A DNA stretch of 64,000 nucleotides from a virus. Its lineage: Duplodnaviria > Caudoviricetes. Positions 44,478-56,400 of the stretch are shown here, piece by piece; the stretch's first letter is position 1; every line of letters begins with the position of its first letter. The position numbers were made by a program, and so were the translations under genes. The notes under the pieces are model-generated. The model searched no databases. It saw nothing but the letters and a program-made list of their open reading frames with translations, and had not been told where the DNA came from. The DNA lies in the IMG/VR virus record IMGVR_UViG_3300031993_000048, positions 1-64,000 of that record. The stretch is one strand, 5' to 3'.

Positions 44478-47400
44478 ATGCCGAGAAACCCGTTTGCCGA
44501 CCCGTTCACGAACCCCGCCGACGCGGGCGAATCCCTTTTTGGGCGCGATGGCGCGATGGCGCCCGCCATGCCCCGGCTCGTGCCGGCCGCCGACGAGATC
44601 GCGGACTCGTCGCTCTCGATTTCTTCCGCCCCGGATCCCCTGGCGCCTCGCCTCGACGACGATGACGACGAGCCGGACGTTCCGCAGTTCCAGTCTCCGT
44701 ACAAGGGCCAGGACCTCCTGTCCGAACCCATGGACAAGGAGAAGGGGCCGACGGCGTTCCAGCGCAAGGAGATAAACTGGTCCGACGGCGGGGAGGACCT
44801 GACCCGCCCGCGCCGCCGCAACGTCGCCCCCTCCGACTGGCTCGAGGTCGACTACCTGTTCGGGAAGAAGGAGGGCGCGTCGGGCAAGCCCGTCGAGGCC
44901 GCCAACGTGTTCGGGCGCCAGTTCACCCGCGACGAGCTCGAGCGCGACGAGGACGGCAGGAAGCTCCTCGGGCTCATGGAGTTCCGCCGGTCCGGCAAGG
45001 TCAACGAGGGCGGGGCGCTCGCCAACTTCGGCAAGGGGTTCTCCGACTGGGGCACCTCCGACATACCTTTCTACGGCTGGTTCGCCGACATCGGCACGAC
45101 TGTCGGCGACGCCATCGAGATGTCGCGGACGATCCGCAAGCTCCAGGACGGTGGCGAGGTGACGCCGCGCGAGGCGATCCGCCTGCGCACGCACATGCTC
45201 CGGCAGGAGCTCGAGAGCCAGCGCACGATGGCGCACCAGGTCGGCTCCACCGTCCGCTCGTCCGTGACGCTGGGCGCGGAGATCCTCGCGTCGTCCGCGA
45301 TAGGCGCGGGCATCGGCGCGATGTTCGGGGGCGTGGGAGCCCCGGTCGGCGCGGCGGTCGGCGCGCTGTTCGCCCCGATCCGCTGGCTCTTCGGCATCGG
45401 CGGCACCGCCGCGAAGGCCGGCGCGCGCAAGGTCGTCAACGTCGGGATGAAGCAGCTCACCGCGAAGATGGCGAGGGACCTCACGGCGGCCGAGCTCAAG
45501 ACGATCGTCCGCACGGGGGCCGCGACCTACGGCGAGGAGGGGGTCCGCTCGCTCCTCCGCGAAGGCGTGAAGAAGGGGCTGCGCGGGCGCGAGCTGTACC
45601 ATTCGCTCGCGGGCGAGCTCCAGTACGCGACGAGGATGTCCGACCCCGGCAGGATGGCCGCCCGCGCCCTGTTCAGCGCCGACTACCGGCTCGCCCTCGA
45701 GGGCGGGCTCCGCGCCGCCGTGGAGCAGAAGGCGCTCGCCAAGACCCTCGTGAACGCGACGAAGGACGACATCGCGCGGCTGTCCGTCAGGGAGCGCGCG
45801 AGGCTCGTGAACGAGGGCATCCGCAAGATGGTCGCCAACAACGAGTGGAAGCCGTTCGTGCAGGACTTCGCCAAGGGCGTGATGGTGGGCGACCGCACGG
45901 CCGCCGTCGACTTCGTGCGGAAGGGCGTCCAGGAGGCGACAGGGCGCACGCTCGTCGCCCCGCAGTACGCGCAGCGCATCCTCGACATCGCCGCGTCCAG
46001 CGTGGCGAAGGACATGGAGCTCGCCGCCGGCAAGCTCGCCTTCGCCAACCCCGTCCGGTTCTTCAGGTACTTCGGCGAGCACGCCGCGCGCGGCCTCGTC
46101 CAGTCGGAGCACGGGCTCTTCGGTGGAGCCCCGACGATCGCGCACAGCGGGTTCACCACGTTCGCCCGCGGCAAGGACGCGCTCAAGGAGGGCATCGGCC
46201 GCGTGTTCATAGAGGCCCCGATCCAGGGCGCGCTCCAGTTCGTCGGCGGGCCGCTCGCGCTCTCCCCGATATTCGCCGCCGCGTCCGGCTACAGCCCGAC
46301 CGACCTCACGGTGAAGGGGCAGCTCGGCTACCAGATCGACGCCCTGATCCGCGGCGACAGGGAGAAGATGGACACGGCGCGGCAGGCCGCGCTCGGCTCC
46401 GCGTTCGTCGAGTACGCGTCGGAGGCCGCCGGCCGGGGGCTCGGCGCGATGTTCGGCGGCGCGGTGGCGACCGCCGTCGGCAAGTCGCCGTCCGCCGTGG
46501 CCGAGGGCGCGAAGGCGATGGTGACTCCGGTCTCCCGCCGGATCGGCTCCGCGCTCGACCGTGCCGTGAAGGCCGTGTACGGCGAGGGCGACCTCCTGAA
46601 GAACGGCGTCGAGGGGTTCACGGGCCAGGCGTCCCGCGCCCTCCGCGGCCTCACGGGCCGCTCCGGCGTGAAGGCGTCGGTGGCCCGCGCCGTCCAGAAC
46701 CGCACGATAGACGGGTTCGACGACGCCACGAAGACCGCGCTCGCCCGGAAGGGCGTGAAGGACTGGAAGGGCTTCCAGAAGTTCGTCGCCGCGTCCGCCG
46801 CCGACGGCAACCGCATGCGCGCCGGCCTCAACTACTTCGGCCTCAAGCTGATGGAGCGCGGCATGACCCCCGACAGGGTGGTGCAGTTCTTCCGCCAGGC
46901 CGGCTATTCCGGGATCCTCGAGGAGATGGGCGAGGAGCGCGTCGGCGACTTCATGCGCGGGCTCTTCGGGTTCGACGACACCGCGTCCGACGCGACGTGG
47001 AAGGACAAGCTCCGGTCGATGTTCTCCGGCATCACGGACTTCGACCAGCTCGCGACGGAGTTCATCGCCTTCGCGATCCCCGGCGCGATCCGCCGCGGCA
47101 CCATATCGGCGCAGTCGTGGCTCGCGAACGGCGCGGTCGGGCAGGCGAGGGCGGCGGCCCAGGGCCTGCGGTACATGACGGACCTCGGGCGCGGCAAGGT
47201 GTACGCCGCGGTCGGCGGGGTCACGCAGGAGGACAAGGAGCGGATCGAGCGCCGTCCGGCGGAGTCGGCCGCGATGCGGGACGGCGTGCTGGGGACGACG
47301 AAGGACAACCGGAGCCGGATGTCGGCGAACGCCGCGGCCATGGCGGCGAACGCGGCCGGGATCGAGCAGGCGGTGCGCGACGCCGGCGGCCTGTCCGAGC

Positions 47401-50400
47401 AGGGCAGCTCGCCCGACGAGCGCGCGGCGTACGAGGCGATGCTCGCGCCCGTCCTGTCCGCGCAGGGCGAGGGGCAGATGAGGGCCGCGATGGACGAGCT
47501 CGCCGACGAGTACCTCGCCGCGGGGGACGAGGCGACGCTCGAGAGGACGATGGAGCAGACGGGGGCGACCGCGATCTTCGGCGAGGACGGCGTGGACGCG
47601 ATCCGCAGGGAGTGGCGCAAGGGCGCGGGGCACGAGTTCTCCGCCGACAGCGAGATCGAGGCGTCCCTGGCGGACTGGAAGGCGTTCGACGCGCAGTCCC
47701 CGACGGTCTCGAGGCGCGAGCCGGGATCGGTCGGCGAGGCGGTCGACGACATGTGCGCGCAGATCGCGGGCATGGACCGCAACGCGTCCGTGACGGCGGG
47801 CGAGGAGGACCGGGCGAACGGCGAGCGCGACGCGATGGTCGCCGACGAGAACGCCCGCGACGTCGCCGTCGAGGACGCGATGACGCTCGCGAGGTACCTC
47901 GGTCGCGGAGCGGTGAACTCGTCCCGCGAGATGAGCTTCGGCAGGCGCGTCATGTCGCGCATCGTCGGCATGCTCGGCGCCGCGTCCACGGGCGACCTGT
48001 CGCTCGCGGCGACCAGCCCGGCCGCGTGGCTCGCGCAGGACGAGGGCGTGGACAAGAACCTCCAGATGGCGCTCCTGCAATGCTATTCCGCCGGGCTCAT
48101 GTCCGGGTGGGCGAAGATGTCGGCCGGCCAGTCCGAGGCGCTGCGCCAGGCGGTCGGGTCGGTGGAGACCGCGGAGGAGCTTCGCCAGAAGCTGGACGCC
48201 CTGCGGAGGGAGCGGAGGATCTCCGACGACATATTCGACCAGCTCGAGGAGGCCGGCGAGGAGACGTTCCGGGCCCGGGTCACGGAGTTCATGACGGCGT
48301 ACATGACGGCGAGCGGCGTGGCCCTCGTCACGCGGCAGGACGCCGTGGACATGGCGCGGTCCATCGTGGCGAAGCGCCACGAGAAGGCGGGCGAGGCGTT
48401 CGAGAGGGACGAGGCGTGGTTCGCCCGCGAGGACATAGCGCGCGAGGTGGAGGCCGCGAGGTCCGACGTGATCGACGGCGTGATCGCGACGGCCAGGAAC
48501 TCCCTCGGCTACACGACGCACAGGGGCGCGGGGGACTACGGCACCTACATGACCGTCGACGTGGCGCAGGCCATGAAGAACGGCACGAGCGCCGAGGTGC
48601 TCGCCGCCATCCTCGACTCCCCGGCGTTCAGGGGCGTCGCCCGCGTGCAGAACGTCTCCGGCCTGTCGGAGCACGAGCGCGAGATGGCGATGTCGCTTTT
48701 GACGTCCGACGTCGCCGACCTCGGCGCGATCGCCGCGATCGAGACGGAAGGCGAGGGGAACGCCGACAGGGAGCTGACGGAGCGCGAGCTCGCCGAGGTC
48801 AACGCGGCCATGCGCGCGAACCCGAGCGACTACACGCCCGAGGCGTTCCAGAACCTCGCGAGGACGTTCGTGCGCCGCGTGAAGCTCGCCCGCGAGAACA
48901 TGCGGTCCACGTTCTCCAGGCTGGACGACGCAGGGAACAGGATCGTGGCGACTATCGCCCCGGCGGCCGGAGGGTTCGCCGTGGTGGAGACGGACGAGTC
49001 GACCGGGGCGACGACGCGGACGGAGGTCGCCGGGAGCCGCGAGGACGTCGAGGCGCAGCTCGCCTCGCAGGGCTTCGCGCTGGAGGAGCAGAGGCTCGTC
49101 ATATCGCAGGTGAAGACCTTCGCGTCGTCCGACGCGACGAGCCTCCTCTTCCTGCGCAGCGGGCAGGACCGCGAGGCCGTCCGCGACATCTTCAAGGACT
49201 CCGCCGGCGAGATCGAGGACGAGAACGTCCTTCCGCCGTGGTGCCGCAAGGAGCGGAGGGAGCCCGGCGGCCCGCTGGTGTGGAAGTATTCCGACGACCA
49301 GTCCGACCTCGCCGCGGAGGAGTTCAGGCGCGAGCTCGCCCTCGCCGACGAGTACGAGCGCAACGGCGACTCCTGGATGTACTATCTCGCAGGCACCGGC
49401 GCGTCCGCGAAGGACCGCAGGGCGCGGATGGCGGAGGCGAAGAAGATGCACGAGCGCGTGTACGGCGTGTCCGTCGAGGGCGCCTCGCCGACGAGCGGCT
49501 ACGAGTCCCGCGCCCGCCTGGAGCTGGAGCGCCTCGGGATCCGCCGCAGCTCCTCGGTCGGCACCGACCTCCAGCAGATCGGCATGCCGTCCGACGCCTA
49601 CGTGATGCCGGTCGACGCGGTGAACGCGAAGGACGTGGTCGTGCTGACGCCCGACTACTTCGCGCTGGGCCACGGCGAGGCCCTGCTGCGGCACGGCGTC
49701 CGGCACGCGCTCAACGCGTACGTCGCCGGCGCGGGCGAGGAGGCCGAGCTCCGCAACGCGCTGCTCGTGGAGGCGTACCGCGAGTTCCGGGGCTGCATCG
49801 ACGACATCGTCGCGGAGGCGGAGACGGCGCGCGGCGGGCGGGCGGAGGCGAAGAGGCTCCGCGCCGCGTACGACGAGCTGTTCCCGGCCAGGGCGGACGG
49901 GCTCCCGTCCACGCTCGACCTCGCGAAGATCGCGTCGTCCTCCCTGTTCTTCTCCTGCGACCGCGGGAACTACGAGGACGGCAACGGGTTCCTCCATTCC
50001 GCGGAGCTGTCGAAGGCGGCGGACCGGTTCCGCTCGACCGACATCTTCATGTTCTTCATGTCCGCCGTGGACGAGGCGCTCGGAGGGAAGGGCCTGTTCG
50101 ATCCGGCGCGCTCCAGCGCGGGCGGGCTCGCCCGCTACCGCGCGGCGTTCGCCCCCGACTTCGTGAAGCTGCGCGAGGCCCGCAAGTCCGCCGTGTTCGG
50201 CGGCCAGAGCGGGGAGATGAAGAACCCGTTCGTGCGCGGCTTCAGGCTGCGCGACGGGCTCACTGCGGACGAGGTGCGGAGCGGGGCCGGGAAGTGGGTC
50301 GTCCCCGACGCGGCCATCGGCCTGAAGGAGCCGACGAGCGACAGGCTCCGCGCCCGCGACTTCGACGGCAAGATCGGCGGCTACTGGGGGCTCTACGCGT

Positions 50401-53400
50401 CGAGCGGCCAGCGCTTCGCGCAGGCGTACGGCTCGCTCACGGGCGAGCGCGACGCCGTGCTGTCGTCCGCGAGGGCCTTCGAGATGGCGAGGCGCTCCGA
50501 CCTCTGCGGCGGCGAGACCGCGGGCGGGACGGAGACGAGGGCCCGCATGAGCGACACGGTCGCGCCCCTCGCGAAGAGGGAGCTCCGCAGGCTCTCCGAG
50601 ACGCTGTCGGTCGCGGACATATCACCGGCGTCGCTCGAGAGCGCGGGGCAGGCGATGCGCTCGATAGCGACGAGCCTCATGGCGGGGGCGAAGGACAAGG
50701 CCCGCACGGAGGCCGCGCTCGTCCGCGAGTTCGAGGGCTGGCTTCTCGGGCGCGGGGTCTCCAAGGCGATCGCCGCCGAGATGGTCGCGGCGTTCGAGAG
50801 GGCCACGGTGCGCCCGATCGCGAAGAAGACCGACGAGGAGGCGAAGAACGAGGAGGCCGACGCGCAGAACGCGGAGACCGAGGAGATCGAGAACCGCGAG
50901 TCCACCAACGACCCGGACAACGAGCGGCGCGTCGGACAGTTCATAAACGACCAGAACATCATGGCCGTCTCCGGCTTCCTGAAGTTCATCATGCCCGCCG
51001 AGTGCGGGGACTCCGCGCCGACGTTCCTCCGGCTCCGCGCGGACCTCTCCCGCCCGGAGATGTACGGCGAGCTGGCGGGCGAGAGGGCGTCGTGGAAGGA
51101 GGACGTGGACGCGTTCGTAAGGATGCTCGGCGTCAACTCCGACCTGCGGAACATCGACAGGGCGCTCGCGTCCAACCTCGTGAACCTCTCGTCGCGCGAG
51201 GACACCGACCGGATGCTCGACCGCGTCGCGACGCTCCTGTGGGAGAACGGGAGGCGCGACTACGCCCTCGCCGTCGCCGCGATCCGCAACGTCGATCCCG
51301 CCAACGGCGAGCGGAGCAAGATGCTCGAGAGGCTGTCGCAGGCGACGGCGGTCACGCCGATGCGCCTCGACCGCACCGGCCCGGCCAAGCCGTTCGGGAT
51401 CGACTTCATCGGCTCGGGCGCGCGGGCGGACGTCGTGCCCGGCGTCGTGGCGTCCGGCTACACGTCGCTCTCCGAGACGGTGCTCAAGGGGATGTTCAAG
51501 GCGGACGGGTCGCTCGCGAAGGACGCGGGCGCCGCGCTCGCGAAGGTCGTCGCGTACGTCCGGTCCGACAGCTTCGCGTCGAAGCGGCTCGCCCCGATCC
51601 TCGGAACTCCGGTCAAGGTCGGCTTCGTCCACGTCACGTTCGACAAGGCGCTGTACGAGACGCTCGAGGCCGTCGCGAACGGCAAGGGCGCGACGACCCT
51701 GGCGGAATACACGGACGCCGTGCTCGCCGTCGCGGACATAATCAGGGCGCGCTCCGCGGCCGCCGCGGACGTCCTGGACGGAATCCTCGGGGCGGGCAGC
51801 CAGTACGCCCACATGCTCCGTTCCCCGTACGTCCTGTCCGAGGTCGTGCGCGTGGCGCTTTCGGCGTACAACATGAAGCGCGGTACGTCGTACGGGCGCA
51901 ACCTCCGCGAGGCCGCCGTGATGAAGCTCGTCAGGCTCGCCAACTACCTCGTGGCCGACCCGTCGCAGCGCGGCAAGGTGTCGTGGCAGACCAGCGTGCA
52001 GCGGTGCTCCGGCATCGTCGAGGACCTCGTCGTCGAACCGGTCGAGGGGCTGCTGCTCCGGCTCGGGGTCAACCCCGCGTCGACCACGCTCGAGGCCGAC
52101 CTGGCGAAGGCCCTGGAGGGCAAGGACGCCGACTGGGTGCGCGACACCCTGCGCCAGATGGCGAAGGACAAGCTCGCGACGGACATGCACCTCGACTGCG
52201 GAGCCAACCCGGCGGAGGCGATAAGGAAGCGCGACAAGGCGGGGGACAAGCCCTGGACGGGCCTCAACAACGCCCCGACGTTCGTCCCCGGCGCGTACCG
52301 CTCCGCAAGCAACCTCGACGTCCTCGTGGAGGCGTACCTCGCCGGCGCGCCACGTTCCAGCGCGACGCTCGGCGGCCGCGCGGCGAGCGCCATAGAGGGC
52401 GCGAAGAACAAGTCCGTGCAGACTCTCCCCTCGATGCTCCCCGGGTTCGTGAGGTTCGCGAACAGCGTCCTGTGCCAGGCCTCCGGCGTCACCGACGAGC
52501 TTGCCGGGAACGGCAACCGCTGGCGGGACAGGTCGAATCCGATCGTGTCGTTCGTCGGCGCGAAGGACTCCGGCGGCAGGCTGCTTCGCCGCGAGTCGGT
52601 GGCGGGCGCGCTCCGCAGCGCGATCGACGCGGAGAACAGCGACCCCGAGTACGTGCCTACGCACGTCCTCGTGCCGTTCTTCCGCGCCGACAAGCCCGCG
52701 TGCTACGCCCTGCGCATACCGGTCGGCACGATGCGCGCGATGATCGAGGCGGCCGTCGGGAACGAGGAGGTCGTGCGCCAGCTTCCGGCCGATCTCGCGG
52801 CCGTCGTGGAGGAAGTCGCGAAGACGAAGGGCGAAGACCTGAAGGGCAAGGAGTACGTCGCCTACAAGAAGAAGTTCCACCAGGCGGCGTACGCCCTCGC
52901 CGCGTCCGCGCTCGGCCAGTCGCAGATCGACCCGAAGCGCGTCCCCGTCCTCTCGTCGTGCGGCCCGCTCATCTCGACCTACGTCGACAGGGGCGAGGGC
53001 ACCGACCCGAGGGCCGGCTGCTACTTCGTCTCGATGGTGGGAGGGTCGACGGGCGCGTCCATGATGGGCGGCTACATCACCGCCGGCGTTCTCCCGTCCC
53101 GCGTGTCGGGCATGGGCGAGGGATCGTGGAGCCAGGCGCAGAAGCTGCACATGTTCTCCGTGAAGCGCGGCGTCAACTTCAAGAAGGGCCAGGCGTCGGC
53201 GATCGGCCTCGGCTTCTACGCCGACGGACGGTCGGACGACAGGTCGCGGACCAACGGCGAGATCGTCTCCAACCACGCCGTGCGGTTCGCCCAGCGGCAG
53301 GGCCGCCGGCAGCTCGAGGCGCTGCTCTCGCAGGAGTTCAAGGACGCGGGGCTCTCCGGCCAGAACCTTCTCGATCCGGTGCCGGCCCTCGAGGACGGCG

Positions 53401-56400
53401 CGACGGACGAGCAGAAGGCGGAGCACGCCGAGCTCGAGCGCATCCACGACAAGGCGGTCGACGTCGCGAACGCGTTCCTCGCGAACGCCACGATCGCGGT
53501 CGACGACCTCGAGACGAACAAGGCGGGGCTCTTCGGATCGTCGTGCGGCGTCAAGGTCGAGAAGGGCGCGACGAAGATCGAGGTCGGCGGCGTCACGGTC
53601 GCGGAGCTCGCAGACGGCAAGTGGAGGTCGTCCGTGCCGGGGTTCGAGTTCGACTTCGACGGCGAGGGCGTGAAGAACGGGCGGGCCCTCGTCATGCCGG
53701 TCCTCGCGGCGCTCGCGGCGAAGCAGGGCGGCAGGGTCGACGCGGCGGGCATCGAGGGGACGTGGGTCAGGCCCGACGGCTCCGAGTTCACCGGAAAGCT
53801 CGGCGACTCCGGGCTGCTCTCCGAGGGCGAGACGCTCGCCTGCGAGATCGACAAGGAGACCGGCGCGGCGCGCGTCGTGTTCTTCACCCGCGACATGTAC
53901 GGGCAGGTCGTCGCCAGCAACGCCAACTCGTCGAAGGCGTCGGACCACCACGTGTTTCCGACGAACGCGACCCGCGACCACTGGATGATGGAGGCGATAA
54001 CGAACGCCACCACGCCGGGCGGGCGCAACGGCTCGCGCCGGTTCATCGACGCGCACGCCGGGTACTCGCTCCTCCGCCTCGCCACGCTCGCGCACAACGG
54101 CGAGCTGATGCGGCGCGAGATGCGCAGGGACCAGGAGCTCGTCGCCCTCCTGAAGGCGCACCCGAACGACAACCAGGTGCGCGACGCGATCTCCGACAGG
54201 GCCAGGGCGTTCCTCGAGAAGCAGACGCTGGTCGGGTACTACGGGAACCACGGCATCATGGTGCCGTCCGGCGGCAAGCTCGTGTCGGGCGACGAGTTCG
54301 CGCACACGGTCGAGATCGAGTGGGCCCCCGGCACGACCGACTACGACAGGGGCTGCTACAAGCCCGCGACCGTCTACACGCGGGAGGAGGCCGAGGCGTT
54401 CGGCGCGTCCCGCAGCTGGGCGTCCGGCTCCGTGAACGCGGACGTGGAGGGGTTCCGCTACGGGCTCTACTTCGACGAGGCGGCGCTCGACAGTCTGCTG
54501 TCGCAGGTCGCCCCGGACGAACAGGCTCTCGCCCGCTTCGCCCGCGCGGGAGTGGACGCCGCCGTCGCGGGGCGCATGGCGCGGCTGGCCGCGTTCATGG
54601 AGGACCTGGGAGGCCCGCTCGAGTCGCAGGAGCAGCGGACGAAGAGGGACGCGCTCCTCGCGTGCGCCTACGACTACACGGGCAAGAAGGCGAGCGAGAA
54701 TGTCCGCGCGAAGGACATCCGGTTCGACGACCTGTTCGTCAGGTCGTGGGACGGCACGACGTCGTTCGACTATGCGGCTGTCGACCACGAGGGCCGTGTC
54801 TCGCTGCACGACGGCGCGAAGCACCTGTACCTCGGCGGCTCCGTGTTCCACGCCCACCGCTCGCCCTCCGGCAACATCGCGGCGGCGTGCGGCACGGTGC
54901 GCGCGACATGCCCGTACTCGTTCTTCCCGGACGGCAGGATCGGGCGCGAGTCCAAGTACGCGCTCGATCCCGTCACCACGGCGACGCAGGGCTCCGACAT
55001 GGACGGCGACTCCGCGTCCCTCCAGTTCTACGACTACGGCGCGGAGGACCTCGTCGACGCGCCGGCGATGCGCCGGTTCACCGACGCCGTCCTCGGCGGG
55101 GCGGACCCGTTCGACGTCGCGAAGGAGATGAAGTGGACGGTCGTCCAGGACGGCATGGAGGTCGTGGACCCCCGCGTTCTCCGCGCCGTCTCGCGTCTCG
55201 TGTTCTCCGCCCAGGCGAACAACTACCGCGAGGCCGCCACGTTCCACCAGGGCTACACGAGCGTGACCGCGCTGGCCGGTCGCAAGGCGACCGGAGCCGA
55301 CTTCGCCGTGCACTACCGCGAGAACCCGCCGGCCGACGGCGTGTTCGCGGACTACGGGTTCGCCGGGCGGCACCCCGTCGGGACGGACGCCGTGTTCTCC
55401 GAACCGTTCGGGGCGGAGACGCTCGCCCGGTTCGAGACGCTCGCGGGCCGCAAGGTCCTCGGCCGCCTGTCCGCCGAGTTCAAGGCGAAGTGGTTCGTCG
55501 AGGGCAAGAAGATGAACAAGGTCCTCGAGGCCATCGTGGACGAGATCCGGGGCAAGCCGAAGAACAGCCTCCTCAAGATGGGCGAGGCGGCCGACGCGTC
55601 CGACGCCGCGTCCGACTCCGCGAAGGCGCGCGGAATCTCCGTCGCGTCGCAGTCGACCATCCTCCGTGCCATCGTGACCGACCTGTTCGGGACCGGCGAC
55701 AGGATGACGTACGACGAGGCGAAGGGGTATTCCGCCGTCATCGACCTCATAGCCCACATCGACGGCGTCTCGAACAACCTCTTCGACACGCTGAAGAAGA
55801 TGTTCGCCACCCGCGCCGGATGGACGACCTCGATGCTGCCGTTTTTCCTCGGCCGCCTCGCCGTAGACGCGCGCGAGGAGGCGGGCAGGGGCGGGCCGGT
55901 AGACTCGGCGTTCGTCCTCGCGGAGGCGGCGAAGTTCCTCGAGGAGCTGACCCGCGTCGACGGGAAGATCCATACGTCCGCCACGGTGGCGGGGCGGCTC
56001 GCGTCGCTTCTCGATCCGGTCAGGCGCGACGTCGCGGCCGCCCGGCTCGCCGAGCTGTACAACGGGGAGCAGAAGGACAAGGGCGCGACCGTCATGACGC
56101 AGTACCGCGGCAGGCCCAAGACCGCCGACGAGATCATAAACGACTTCTGCCGCAAGCGCCTCGAGGGCGAGGCGTACTCGATGACGCGCGACGCCAAGGC
56201 GGTGTACGCCGCCGCGTACATGACGGACGCCGCGCATCCGGTCGACGAGTCCGACTACGCCGTCTACGACCTCGTGGCGTCCTCGATGGACGACAGCAAG
56301 GCGCTGTGCCGCGCCGTCGACTACATGAAGGTCGCGGGCAAGGGGCTCGCGGACGTCGGGCGCTACGCGCTCAAGGCCGAGGGGGAGGAGACGGACGAGA

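Noticed and set aside
44397-49997. 1866-aa minus-strand ORF
   Set aside because: Same in-register antisense shadow of the giant gene.
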